Positions 53,303 to 64,000 of a stretch of 64,000 nucleotides of DNA are shown in pieces (positions within the stretch are counted from its first letter, which is position 1; each line of letters begins with the position of its first letter). Source of the DNA: Camelus ferus (taxonomy: Eukaryota); assembly GCF_009834535.1 (NCBI RefSeq), contig NC_045697.1, positions 55,492,001 to 55,556,000 of the forward strand, in the 5' to 3' direction. The notes beneath the pieces are model-generated. The model was given only the letters and a program-made list of their open reading frames with translations, had not been told where the DNA came from and searched no databases. The translations under genes were made by a program, and so were the position numbers.

Positions 53303-56300
53303 AAAAGGAAACATTTAATATAGTACACTAGGAAGTATCTTTTTAACACACAAAACCCCCCAAATTTGCCAAGATAACACATGTAAATCCTATCTTATGA
53401 ATAACCAAGTAAAATGCAAATAGACTAAACATTCTAATTAAAATATAAATATTGTCATCATAGGTTTTTTAATACCAAAACAATATAGAATCCAACCCTA
53501 TACTGTCTATGGTATACATACTTTAGATCCAAGTAAAGCAGTAAAAGATTTACCATACAAACAGCAAAAAAAAAAAAAAAAAAAAAAGCTAGAATGGCTA
53601 TATTAAGAAAAAATAGACAATTTAAGACAAAAATTATTTAAAGAGAGACATGTTATAATAATAAAACAGTTAATCTATCATAGTCCCGAAATGAGGCAAA
53701 TGACAAAATAAAAGTTAGAAAAAGACAATTCAATGACACTAGTTGTATATTATCTACTTAAAAAAATGAATAGAAAAACTAGGCAGAATATCAACAAAAA
53801 GTAGAAAACTTCAGTAGCATCATAAATCTACTAATTCTAACAAACATATGGAACTCCAAAAAAAAAAAAATAGCATAATACCTATGCTTCTCAAATGTCT
53901 AACATTCTTTAGGATAATGTTATGTTAGGCCATAAAACAGAACACAATATAATTTAAAATATTAAAATAGTACAAAGTATATTCTCTGACTGCAATGGAA
54001 TTAGACTTAGAAACCAGTAACTGAAATTAGGAAAACCCAGTATCTAGAAATTAAAGAATTCACTCCTATATAAATAATAGAACAAGGAAGGGATCAAAGG
54101 GAAATTAGAAAATCCACTAAGTAAAACCAAAAGATACTGAAACTAATGGGATGCTTCTAAAACAGTCTTTAGAGAAAAACGTGTAATTACAAACCCCTAT
54201 ATTAATAAGAGGAAAGATCTCTAATAACATAACTTACCAACTTAGTGAGTTTAAAAAGAGATCAAAATAATACAAAACAAGGACAGTGGAAATAATAAAA
54301 ATTAGACTATAAAGAAAGAAAATGGGGAATAGAAAACCAGTGGAGAAAAGTAACAAAATGTTAGTTTTCAGAAAATATTTGAAAAATTGACAAACCTATC
54401 ACTAGATCACAAAAAAATAGAGAAATTAATACAAACAGGAATAAAAGAAAGAAAACTAACTTTACAGAAATGAAAATATAAGTATTATACATGAACATCT
54501 ATGTGCTAAAAAAAATTAAATAGATGAAATGAACAAATTCCTAGAAAGACACAAACTAGCAAAATTGACTCAAGAAACAGATGATGTGATTAGACCTGTA
54601 ACAGGACATTCAATTTGTAATTTTAAAAAAATCCCACAAAGAAAAGCCCAGGCCAATGGCTTCAATGGTGAATTCTAACAAACATTTAAGAAGAATTAAT
54701 ACCGATTCTTTAGAAACTCACTCTTTACATAAAATAGTACGGAATATTTCACAACTCACTCTATAAGGACGGTATTACCCTATGACCAAAACAAGATAGA
54801 CATTCACAAGAAGAAAACTACAGACTGATATCCTTTTGACTATAGGCCAAATTCTTCATTCTTCAACAAAATTCTAGCAAACCCAATACAGGACTTAGGA
54901 AAAAAAAGATTACAGTCAATGACCAAGTAGAATCTACTCCAGGAATGCAAGGCTGACTTAACATTTGAAAGTCAATTAATGTAATGCAACATATTAGTAG
55001 AATAAAAGACAAAATTTTATGATCATATCAAAAGACACAAAAGACAAATTCCAACACTCTTGTGTGATTTAAAAAAAAAACTCAACAAATTGAGAATAGA
55101 TGGAAACTTCCTCAGCCTGTTAATACATCTAATTAAATACCTCACCTAACATTATAGATATAAAATGGATAAAGATTGAATGCTTTTTCCCTACACCAAG
55201 AACCAGACGAGGATGTCCACTTCTATTCAACATTGTACTGGAGGTTTTAGCCATAGAAATTAGGACAGAAAAATAAAGTCTTGTACAAAATAAGTGAAAC
55301 TCTATTTGTAAATGATGTGACCTTACAAAATACAAAATCTGATCACAATGAAACCATTAGGAGTAATAAACAATTTCAGCAAGGTTATAGTACACAAGAT
55401 TAATATAAAAAAATTCAGCTGTAGTTCTATACCCCAGCAATGAACAATTTAAAAAATAAAATTAAGAAAACAAGCCTATTTATAATAGCATCAGAAAGAA
55501 CAAAATGCCTGGTAATAAATTCAATGAAGTGTAAGAGCAATACACAAATCCACAAGACATTGTTGAAAAGTATTTCAGAAAATCTAGATAAATGGAAAGA
55601 TATCCTAATGTGCATAAATCGTATGACTAATATTGTTAACATGACAATACTTTTCTAATTGGTCTACAAATTCAATGCAATTTTATAAAAATACCAGTTT
55701 TTTTTTTTAACAGAATTTGATAAACTGTTCCTAAAGTTTTGATGGAAATATTAGGGACTCAGAATAGCAAAAAATACCTTGAAAAGGAAAAGCAAAGTGG
55801 GAGAACTCATAATCCTCAATGTCAAAACTTAACATAAACAACCCACTGAACATAAACAACTGAACACAGAAAACTGCACATAAACAACTCACATAATTAG
55901 AGAAAATATGAGAGCCTAGTCTCTTGAAAATATTAAGAAGTCTTATTACTCAAAAAATAAAAAGACAAAAACTCATTTTTATGGGCAAAGAATTTAAATA
56001 GGCATTTTTTAAAGAAGATATGCAAATGGTCAGTAAGCACATGAAAAGATGATCAATGGCCTTAGTCATCAGTAAAATGCAAATAAACACAGTATTGGGA
56101 TGCTCCTTCATATCCACTGGAATGGCTATAAACAAAAGGATAGATAAGGACAAATGTTGGTGAGGATGTGGAGAAACTGGAACCTTAATACGCCACTGGT
56201 GGGAATGTAAAATGGTACAGCTACTTTGGAAAACAGTCTGACTTTTAGTCAAAATGTTAAACATAGAGTTATTATAAGTCCAAGCAATTTCACTCCTAGG

Positions 56301-56575
56301 TATACATTCAACAGAAATGGAAACATGCACATGCCGCAATCAATCCATAACTTAAAAACGGCTGGCAATCAAAATGTCCATCAACTGATGAACGGATAAA
56401 TAAAATGTGCATTTTTTTGCAATGGAATGTTATTCAGCAATAAAAAGAATGGAATTTTGATACATAAAACAATACGGATTGGCCAGAAACATTATGCTAA
56501 GTGAAAAAAGCCACTCATAAACCACCACAAATTAATGATTCTATTTATATATGTCCAAAGTAGGCAAATCCATAG

Positions 56576-56926
56576 TGTTAAAGCAATTAAGTAAGGAGGC
56601 CATTAGACAGAGGGTGACTCTAATGCCTTGATAGCCTACGTAAGCAAACAAAAACCTAAGCCAGAGTCCATGCACTGGAACCCAAGAAAATGAAATTTAA
56701 GAGCAATCAATCATAAACAGCCAACATGGCTTCCCAAACTGTTGAGCTATAGCAATAAAATCATCTCCTTGCTTTGCTTCTGCATCTTCTCTCCAAAAAC
56801 CTTTCTGTTAGCTCCTGTTGGTAGAGTGATCCTAACAACTTTTGTTTTGGTGATGTCCAATTCTAACTGATGTATGATCAAATAAATTCTTGAAAATTTT
56901 AATGTACCTCAGTTTATCTTTTAACA
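56576..56926 (+). mobile_element. ERV1-type solo LTR (MER34-group-like), 351 bp
   Basis: Inverted termini tgttaaa and tttaaca. aataaa at about 56881. The 4-bp flanks atag and agag differ at one base. It splits the host L1 phrase ccatag|agacagaaag. Confidence 0.85.
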
Positions 56927-57819
56927 AGAGAGACAGAAAGTATATTGGTGGTTGCCCATGACTGGGGAAGGGAGACTTTGGAGGGAAATGAAGTGTGACT
57001 TCAATTGATTAATGGGATGTTTGGGGTATGAAGATATTCTAAAATCAGATCATTGGTAATGGCTGCACAACAGTGAATATACTAAAAACCACTGGATTGT
57101 AAAAAAAAAAAAAAATTCTGTATTTTGATGTATGTAAATGTTATTTAAAACCTTTTCAACATGTAATAATAGTAACAAAACAGGGAGATATAATGTGGGT
57201 GAAGGTTTATATGAAATACAATAATATTATTTAGTATTACTATATCTTAATAGCTTTGATATCACATGAAGTATATTACCTCTTCAAAGTCCTTTAAGAG
57301 TTATCATTATGATATTCAGATAAATGACTGCATGTGGAATAGCTAGGCAGATTTGACTTGTGAATATTTGGGGCAAGTGCTTAAATGTTTGCCTTCAAGA
57401 TAATAAAGCCCCAAGAACTGTAAGGTATAATACTTTTCTAGGGTGAGCTCTGCTAGGGAGATTAGTTAATGAAGACAAACACTAAAACAGACCCTAGTCA
57501 AAATAACTGAAACCATTTTATTGGATATAAAGAAAGAATTTGTACATAAGAAAAAAAAATTTAAAAACAACTAATTCCAGTAGAGAAATAGACAAGACCA
57601 CTTCACCTCCTGACTTTTCATAGGATACAGTTTTGGGAATTCCAATCTGCTTATCTAATTTCTAATTTCTAATTATTATTATTGATATTTGTATAATATG
57701 ATATATGTATTATATATATATATAAAATTATATTCATAATATTTGTATTGCTTTCACTACACATAAGGCATTTCACAAATGTAAACTCATTTAATACTAT
57801 TAACAACCCCAGAAGCTAA

Positions 57820-58530
57820 ATATATGATACCAAAGGTATAATTAAGGAAATAGTCCAAATGTAAAGCACAAAGTACAAAGCAAAGAAAAACCATACAAAG
57901 GTTACATAAAACTGAAAGAAAATCCAACATTTATCTAATTGGAATTCTAGAAGGTGAGAACAATTCTAGAAGCTAAGAAAATCAACAGAAAAGTAAAAGA
58001 TTTTAAACTTCCTGTGTAAAACAAAAGGCACAAGAATATCCAAGAACATTAAAAAAAAAAAAAAGCTCTTTGAGTGAGGCAAAGTAAACATGTCTGACCA
58101 GATGTCATAATGCAGTAGTTACAGTAATTAAAAATGTGTGCTTTTGGTGTAAGAATAGAAAAATGCATTAATGGAATAGATTAGGTCTAGATAGAAAAAC
58201 ATGTATAAACGGTAAAGTAGCATTGGTAAAGATGACATTAAATTAATGATTGTATGATAATTGGCTACATATTTATATAACAAAAATATATACCCTGACT
58301 TTACAACAAGCATATGCCCAACTGTATGCCTAAAAATGCATGGGGGACTTAAAATACACAGATTTTTAAGATCTATACACAATTGGAAGAAAATATAGAA
58401 AATTAAAAAATAGTTTCTGGTTGTAAACTTATAAGCATGTTGTAACCCAGAAGCCATAAAGGCAAATATTTACTAAAGGAATATTTAAATGGTACATAGC
58501 AAAAAACACCAGAAATGTAATTTAATAAGG
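57820..58530 (+). mobile_element. Highly decayed ancient L1 fragments
   Basis: Degenerate phrases 'aaatccaacatttatctaattggaattctagaagg' (ORF1-like) and 'ttacagtaattaaaaatgtgtgcttttggtgtaagaataga...aatggaataga' (ORF2-like). Confidence 0.5.
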
Positions 58531-58532
58531 AC

Positions 58533-58630
58533 TGAGGAAATGAAGGAGGAAAGAGAAAGAAAGGGATGGAAGCAAGAAAGGAAGGAAGGAAGGGGGGAGA
58601 GGTAGAGGAGTAGCAAAATAAAGGAGGAGT
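58533..58630 (+). repeat. Purine-rich (GGAA/GA) low-complexity tract
   Basis: gaaggaggaaagagaaagaaagggatggaagcaagaaaggaaggaaggaaggggggagagg. Confidence 0.8.
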
Positions 58631-58668
58631 ATTTCTAGGTTTATTTAGTGCCATTAAGTGCCAAGCAC

Positions 58669-59707
58669 ATTTTTGGATTGGGCCGTGTTGTTGTTAAGTT
58701 GTATGAGCTGTTTTTATATTCTTGAAATTAAAATTTTAGTCATTTAGTCAGTCACGTCATTTGCAAAAATGGGCACAAGACCCAAATAAGCAATTCTCCA
58801 ATGAAGACATATGAATGGCCAATAGGCACATAAAAAAATGCTCAATATCACTAATTATCAGAGAAATGCAGATCAAAACTACAATGAGGTATCACCTCAC
58901 ACCACTCAGAATGGCTATCATTCAAAAGTCCACAAACAATAAATGCTGGAGAGGGTGTGGAGAAAAGGGAACCCTCCTACACTGTTGGTGGGAATGTAGT
59001 TTTGTGCAGCCATTATGGAAAACAGTATGGATTTTCCTCAAAAAACTAAAAATAGGCTCACCATATGATCCAGCAATCCCACTCTTGGACATATACCTGG
59101 AGAAAATTCTAATTCAAAAAAAATGCATGCACCCCAAAGTTCATAGCAGCACTATATACAATAGCCAAGACATGGAAACAACCTAAATGTCCATTGACAG
59201 AAGACTGGATAAAGAAGTTGTGGTATATTTATACCATGGAATATTACTCAGCCGTAAAAAGAATAATACAATGCCATTTACAGCAACATGAATGGACCTA
59301 GAGTTTACCATTCTAAGTGAAGTAAGCCAGAAAGAAAAAGAAAAATACCATACGATATCACTCATAGGTGGAATCTAAAAAAAAAAAAAGAAAAAAAAGA
59401 AGACACTAATGAACTCATCTACGAAACAGAAGCAGACTCGCAGACATAGTAAACAATCTTATGGTTACCTTGGGAAGGGATAAATTTGAGAGTTTGAGAT
59501 TTCCAAATGTTAGCCACTATGTGTATAAATAGATTAAAAAAAACTAATTTCTTCTGTGTAGCACAGGTAACTATCCTCAATATCTTGTAATAACCTTTAA
59601 TGAAAAAGAATATGAAAATGAATATATGTATTTATATGCATGACTGGGAAGTTGTGCTGTACACAAGAAATTGACACATTGTAACTGACTGCACTTCAAT
59701 TAAAAAA
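58669..59707 (+). mobile_element. 5'-inverted (twin-primed) L1 with perfect 13-bp TSD, inserted in a MIR
   Basis: Inverted segment 58669-~58766, then sense ORF2 end (ORF 58815-59186) and tail. TSD aagtgccaagcac at 58656-58668 and 59708-59720. Confidence 0.93.
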
Positions 59708-60392
59708 AAGTGCCAAGCACTATGATAGATTCCTAATATACACCAACTCTTATTCTAAAAATTAAAAAAAAAAAGTGGTATTATAGGTATCATCTGCATT
59801 TTAGAGAGAAAAGAACAAAAACTTTGTTTATGGAAACAATGTGGTGCAAGTGAAGTATTACACAAAAGTGAATTCACTGGAGACAGATGTACATGATTTA
59901 TCACAGGCATATTTTACTAAAAATACATGTTACTTCATAACCATATTTCCAGATGTGTAAGACACTCACTATGATACCTAACATTCGTTGCCTTACATAC
60001 TCATGTTACCAAAGACCCATCAGAGGTAATCAATCAGCAGGTGAGGGGCACAGGCAAGATTCAATATCCATGTACCTGTTTTCTGAATAAACTCCTACTT
60101 TAACAGTTTTATTATTCTTATTACTTGGTTTGCCACAAACTTTTGGAACATTATCCAGATTTTTTCAGTTAAGTTGTACATTACTGAGTCAGTCAATTTC
60201 AAGAATTTCCAGCAATATCTCCAATGAAAGCATTCATGTACATGCACATGCACACACACACACACAAATACCCGGAGGTTCTTCATTCTAACAATGTTTA
60301 TAGATGATTAATCTATATTTTGTCAATTTTCTTATCTGAAGTTGATAAATACAATAGCAGATAAAAAACCAAAGGATTTTCAAGTCCATAGA

Positions 60393-60807
60393 TGTGGATA
60401 AATATTTTCTTGATGGCCTCCAATAAATCACAACTTTCAGTGTCTACACCTTGGGAAGTCCTCTCCCATACTGACTGTGTGGGCTTGCCTAGAGACTTGA
60501 TTTGGTCCATGTGGCATCAGCAAAACTGAGTGAAGCACAAGTGTGCTAACGTCTTTGTAGAGTGGCAGCTTGCATCTTGAAACCCTGAGGAATACCTGGA
60601 CAAAAATACTGGAATGAAAACCCGTTCCACCTGAGGGGTCTAGCTGAGCCTAGCGTCAGGGAAATGCATTTGCAAAGTGAACCCAAGTTAAACCAGCAAA
60701 AGAACCACCTGGTCAACTAACAGAATCAGAGGGAACAACACACTGTTCTTGTTTTAAGCCAGTAAATGTTAGGGTGATTTGTTATATAGCGACGGATAAC
60801 TAAGGTA
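60393..60807 (+). mobile_element. MaLR solo LTR (MLT1G/H-like)
   Basis: Starts tgtgg. Contains 'accagcaaaagaaccacctggtcaac'. Ends 'ttgttttaagccagtaaatgttagggtgatttgttatatagcgacggataactaa'. Confidence 0.8.
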
Positions 60808-60829
60808 GTTATACTGTCTTTCACTTTGA

Positions 60830-61044
60830 TACCCACTAGCTGGGTTATGTTGGGCAAAGCTCCGTGACTCAGATTTTTCTTCATCAGTAAAATCGGGATA
60901 ATAGCTATAGCCAGCAATTGCATAGAGGTTACTATTTAAACCTCATCACGTTTAAACCTTATGACAACATTCTGGCCAGAACAGTTATCATCTCCATGTC
61001 TTGGAAGAAGAAATGGAACAGAGGTGAACAAATGTGTCCAAAGG
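60830..61044. mobile_element. Two adjacent, oppositely oriented MIR fragments
   Basis: 60830-60930 sense core (actagctgggttatgttgggcaaag...ctcagatttttcttcatcagtaaaatcgggataata). 60940-61044 antisense core (aaaccttatgacaac...ttatcatctccat...cagaggtgaacaaatgtgtccaaagg). Confidence 0.6.
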
Positions 61045-61278
61045 GGAGTTTGAGGTTTGAAAATATTAACCACTATATATAAAAATAGACAAAAAACAGA
61101 TTTCTTCTGTATAGCACAGGGAACTATATTCAATATCTTATAATAACATTTAATGAGAGAATATGAAAATGAATATATGTATATGTATGCATGATTAGGA
61201 CATTAGGTGGTACACCAGAAATTGACACATTGTAACTAACTATATACTTCAATAAAAAATAATAAAATAAAATAAAAA
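61045..61278 (+). mobile_element. Very short L1 3'-UTR-only insertion with (aaaat)n tail
   Basis: Aligns by eye to 59490-59707 (tttcttctgtatagcacagggaactatattcaatatctt...ccagaaattgacacattgtaact). Confidence 0.9.
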
Positions 61279-64000
61279 TCATGAGTGGCAAGGAAAAAAA
61301 GTGGCTTTACAGTTTGTGCTTTCAATTTTTATTCACTACAGCCAGGTTTGTGCCAGTCTTTAAACAGGAAGAGAAATTTTCTCTCTTTCTATCTCTTTTT
61401 TTTGTTTTCTAAGTGTCCTGCTTGTCAGAATTGATATAGATCAATTAGATTTTAAGTGTGACCAGTAGTTCTTTCTGGTCAGTTGTGGGATTTTTCTCTC
61501 TAGCTGCCTGTATTTCTGTGGTTTTGCTAGAGGAAACTTTTTCCTCTCTATAATCCTGTGTTATTCTATTGTACTCTGGAGAGCAGTCCATCTGCTTCTG
61601 CTGGTTTATACATAACAAGCTCTGCTTAGGAACCTAAAAGGACATAAATCTAGAACTACAGATCCATGCTTGTCAGTGCCATATAATACAGCTTGTGTTC
61701 AGTAATTATGTATGATAAACATCGTGATTATAATACATCTCATCCACTCAGGTGGTCTGCTAACACACACATTATACTGGCTTCCTGACATAACTAGGCT
61801 ATACACAGCTTTGTAATGTGCTATTTCCTGTGCTGTAAGACTTCTTTTTATCTTTTTCAAGATTGTGCAAATGATGGTTCCTTGCATCCTGAATGCACCA
61901 TGCACATTAAATTACAATTTGACTCCTCAGCCTCTCCAAAATAATTTGCTCCAAATAAGTTTGCGTTCATTTCAGTGGTCCATTAAGGGCTATTATTTGT
62001 TAGGCTCCAGAGATTTACTATTGACAAATTATGAAAACTGTACTTCTAAATAATTATATTCCTCGATTTCCTCTAAGCAACCTTTCTCCACATGTTCTAG
62101 TAAATGGTATTTGTTCATCGAAGTATGCTAAAGCAGACTTCATAAAAGTGAACAAAATGAATCCCCATCCAGTGAAACTCAATTAATAATGCTGGTTACT
62201 TGTACACAGAAACAAAACTTGGGTTAGTCAAGAACCTACCCTACCACCTCTAGATATTTGACAAATTAGAAAACATTTTTAGTACATCAGAGAAAATTGA
62301 TAAGTCAATATGCAAACAGTTGTATGAAATTTATGAAACAGGAATAAAGCCATTCTTTCCTGTAGTGATGTTTAAAATATGTTAAATCCAAGAAAGTGTT
62401 TAGTATATATATACTTTTAGGCATATTTGGAATCCCAGGAATATGCAGACTTTAATATGCTGCAGTGTCTGGTTTCGACAGCTAGACACCTGAATTTTTA
62501 ATAAAAAGTGCCAGAAAAATCTTATAATTTTGAGCAATATATTTGAACTTGAAATGAATAATAGCTTCTTCTGGGAAAACTGAAAACTCAAAGTTTATGT
62601 AATGAGGTTTTAGCAAATATTATATGTAAGATCTTGTCCTTCTTCCTATTTTCTTTTATTCTCTAAGAGGTAATTCCACATGCATGCAGAATAAACCTGA
62701 CTTGTTCCCCTCGAGGATTTCTGGAGAATTTACATCCTGATTTGCTCTACTTTTGCCAAGAAAGACTCACCACACCTACCTGTGGTCTATATAAGGTCCC
62801 TAACACCAGAGGAAGAGAAGAAAGATTAACTGTGGATTCTTAAAACAATATTTATGTGACCTGTTTTCCTGTTCTACCTTTAAAAATGTTTTCTTAAAAA
62901 TATGCCTTGTTTAAGAAATGTCCATTATGTCTATTTATTTAAGATATGTCTATTTATCTAATTACCTATCTATCTTCCATTATCTCCAAATTCATCTTGT
63001 TCCAATAACTTCACTTTCCTTTTCTTTATCCACATGCTTACAGGATATTTAAGAGTCATTCTAAAGGCTGTATGCATTTATTAACAGCACATTATAAAAA
63101 TATACTTTAACTATAGTTTTAAATATTTTAGACCTTGCTCTCCAATAAATTATCTTACTACATTTTTGTTAAGCAATATTTGTTCATCAGTATATACTAA
63201 GAACAGTTTAAATGAATAAATGTATAAATATATAAAATATATGTATAATTAAATAAATGTATATATACAGTCTACATAAGTTTGGGTACATACACACACA
63301 CACAAACATTCATACATATACATATTATGTAAATTGCTTTTGTTCCAGAGTCTCATAAAACCCATGGAAAAAAGAAAAATTTACTGCTGGCTAAGGTTTC
63401 AATGAAGGAAAGGAAATAATAATATACAGATCTTTTACAATTTCTAAACTATTTCTCAATTCCTATAGTAAAATGGCAGTAGAAAAGCATATTCATTCAT
63501 ATACATCTTTTCAATTGATCATTCTCCATTTTTTGTACCGTTCTTTAGAGGGTCTATTTTATGCCAGGTTAACCTCCGTAACTTCTGCTTTAAGACAGCC
63601 CTTGAATATGCATTACTACCTCTCCATTTGTTAATTCAGTCCTCTTTTAAACAGACCATGAACATATATCATACAAACTTCTGTCCAGTTGCTCCATATA
63701 GAGATTCTGTATAGTCAATCATTATCAAACCCAGCTTACTTCTTCTCCCAGGTGACTGTAGATTGAATGAAATTTATTGTTGGCCAAGATGAAGAGACAG
63801 TGAGATTATTGGAGGAAATCTCCAGGTACCTTCAGGTGAAGGATGGGAGTTAAACAACTTCTGAATCTCTGCCATCTTATATCTGGATTATTGCCACAAA
63901 TATATCAATGTGCTTCCCTTTACATATAAAAGTTTTATATCTATCACACAACCAAAGGGAAACAATATAGGGGTTTTGATTAATTTATGAATTTATCAAA

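Larger units (their letters stand above)
50870..57116 (+). mobile_element. Old L1 (L1MB-like): inter-ORF region, decayed ORF2 and 3' UTR, hosting a young L1 and an LTR
   Basis: Decayed ORF2 phrases at 53400-56500 (aagaaaagcccaggccaatggcttcaatggtgaattcta; ccacttctattcaacattgtactggagg). Tail 'ggcaaatccatag|agacagaaagtatattggtggttgcc...gaatatactaaaaaccactg'. Confidence 0.85.

Noticed and set aside
55829..55900. Short interspaced repeats superficially like a CRISPR array
   Set aside because: The units are 11 bp with irregular short spacers, inside a mammalian L1, and there are no cas genes.
63752..63835. Possible exon after the acceptor-like ttcttctcccag
   Set aside because: There are stops in all three frames and the donors are weak. 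It cannot be supported as coding.

Overview
This is AT-rich, CpG-poor eutherian (mammalian) genomic DNA with no recognisable host protein-coding exon, RNA gene or prokaryotic system. By my coordinate tally roughly half of it is LINE-1 (L1), in several age layers. Layer 1 is four closely related young copies with target-site duplications (13048-16864 +, 20905-22263 +, 42993-43536 -, 51134-53302 +). Layer 2 is intermediate-age copies (29707-30825, 58669-59707, 61045-61278). Layer 3 is old L1MA/MB/MC-like elements that host nested insertions in a nearly continuous block at about 36.5-59.7 kb. There are also solo LTRs (MaLR/MLT1, ERVL-like, ERV1-like), hAT-Charlie DNA transposon fossils and MIR/L2 fragments. 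All longer ORFs in the track are L1 ORF2 remnants or their antisense shadows. I saw no Alu, B1/B2, Bov-tA, PRE-1 or SINEC, and the L1 3' tails suggest a cetartiodactyl, possibly a camelid (inference). I found no evidence for a new biological system. The most notable details are mechanistic: a clean twin-priming 5'-inverted L1, independent CpG-type loss of the RT YADD aspartates in two sister L1s, templated-insertion scars, and multi-layer nesting. Subfamily names are from recalled consensus similarity and need RepeatMasker/Dfam confirmation.
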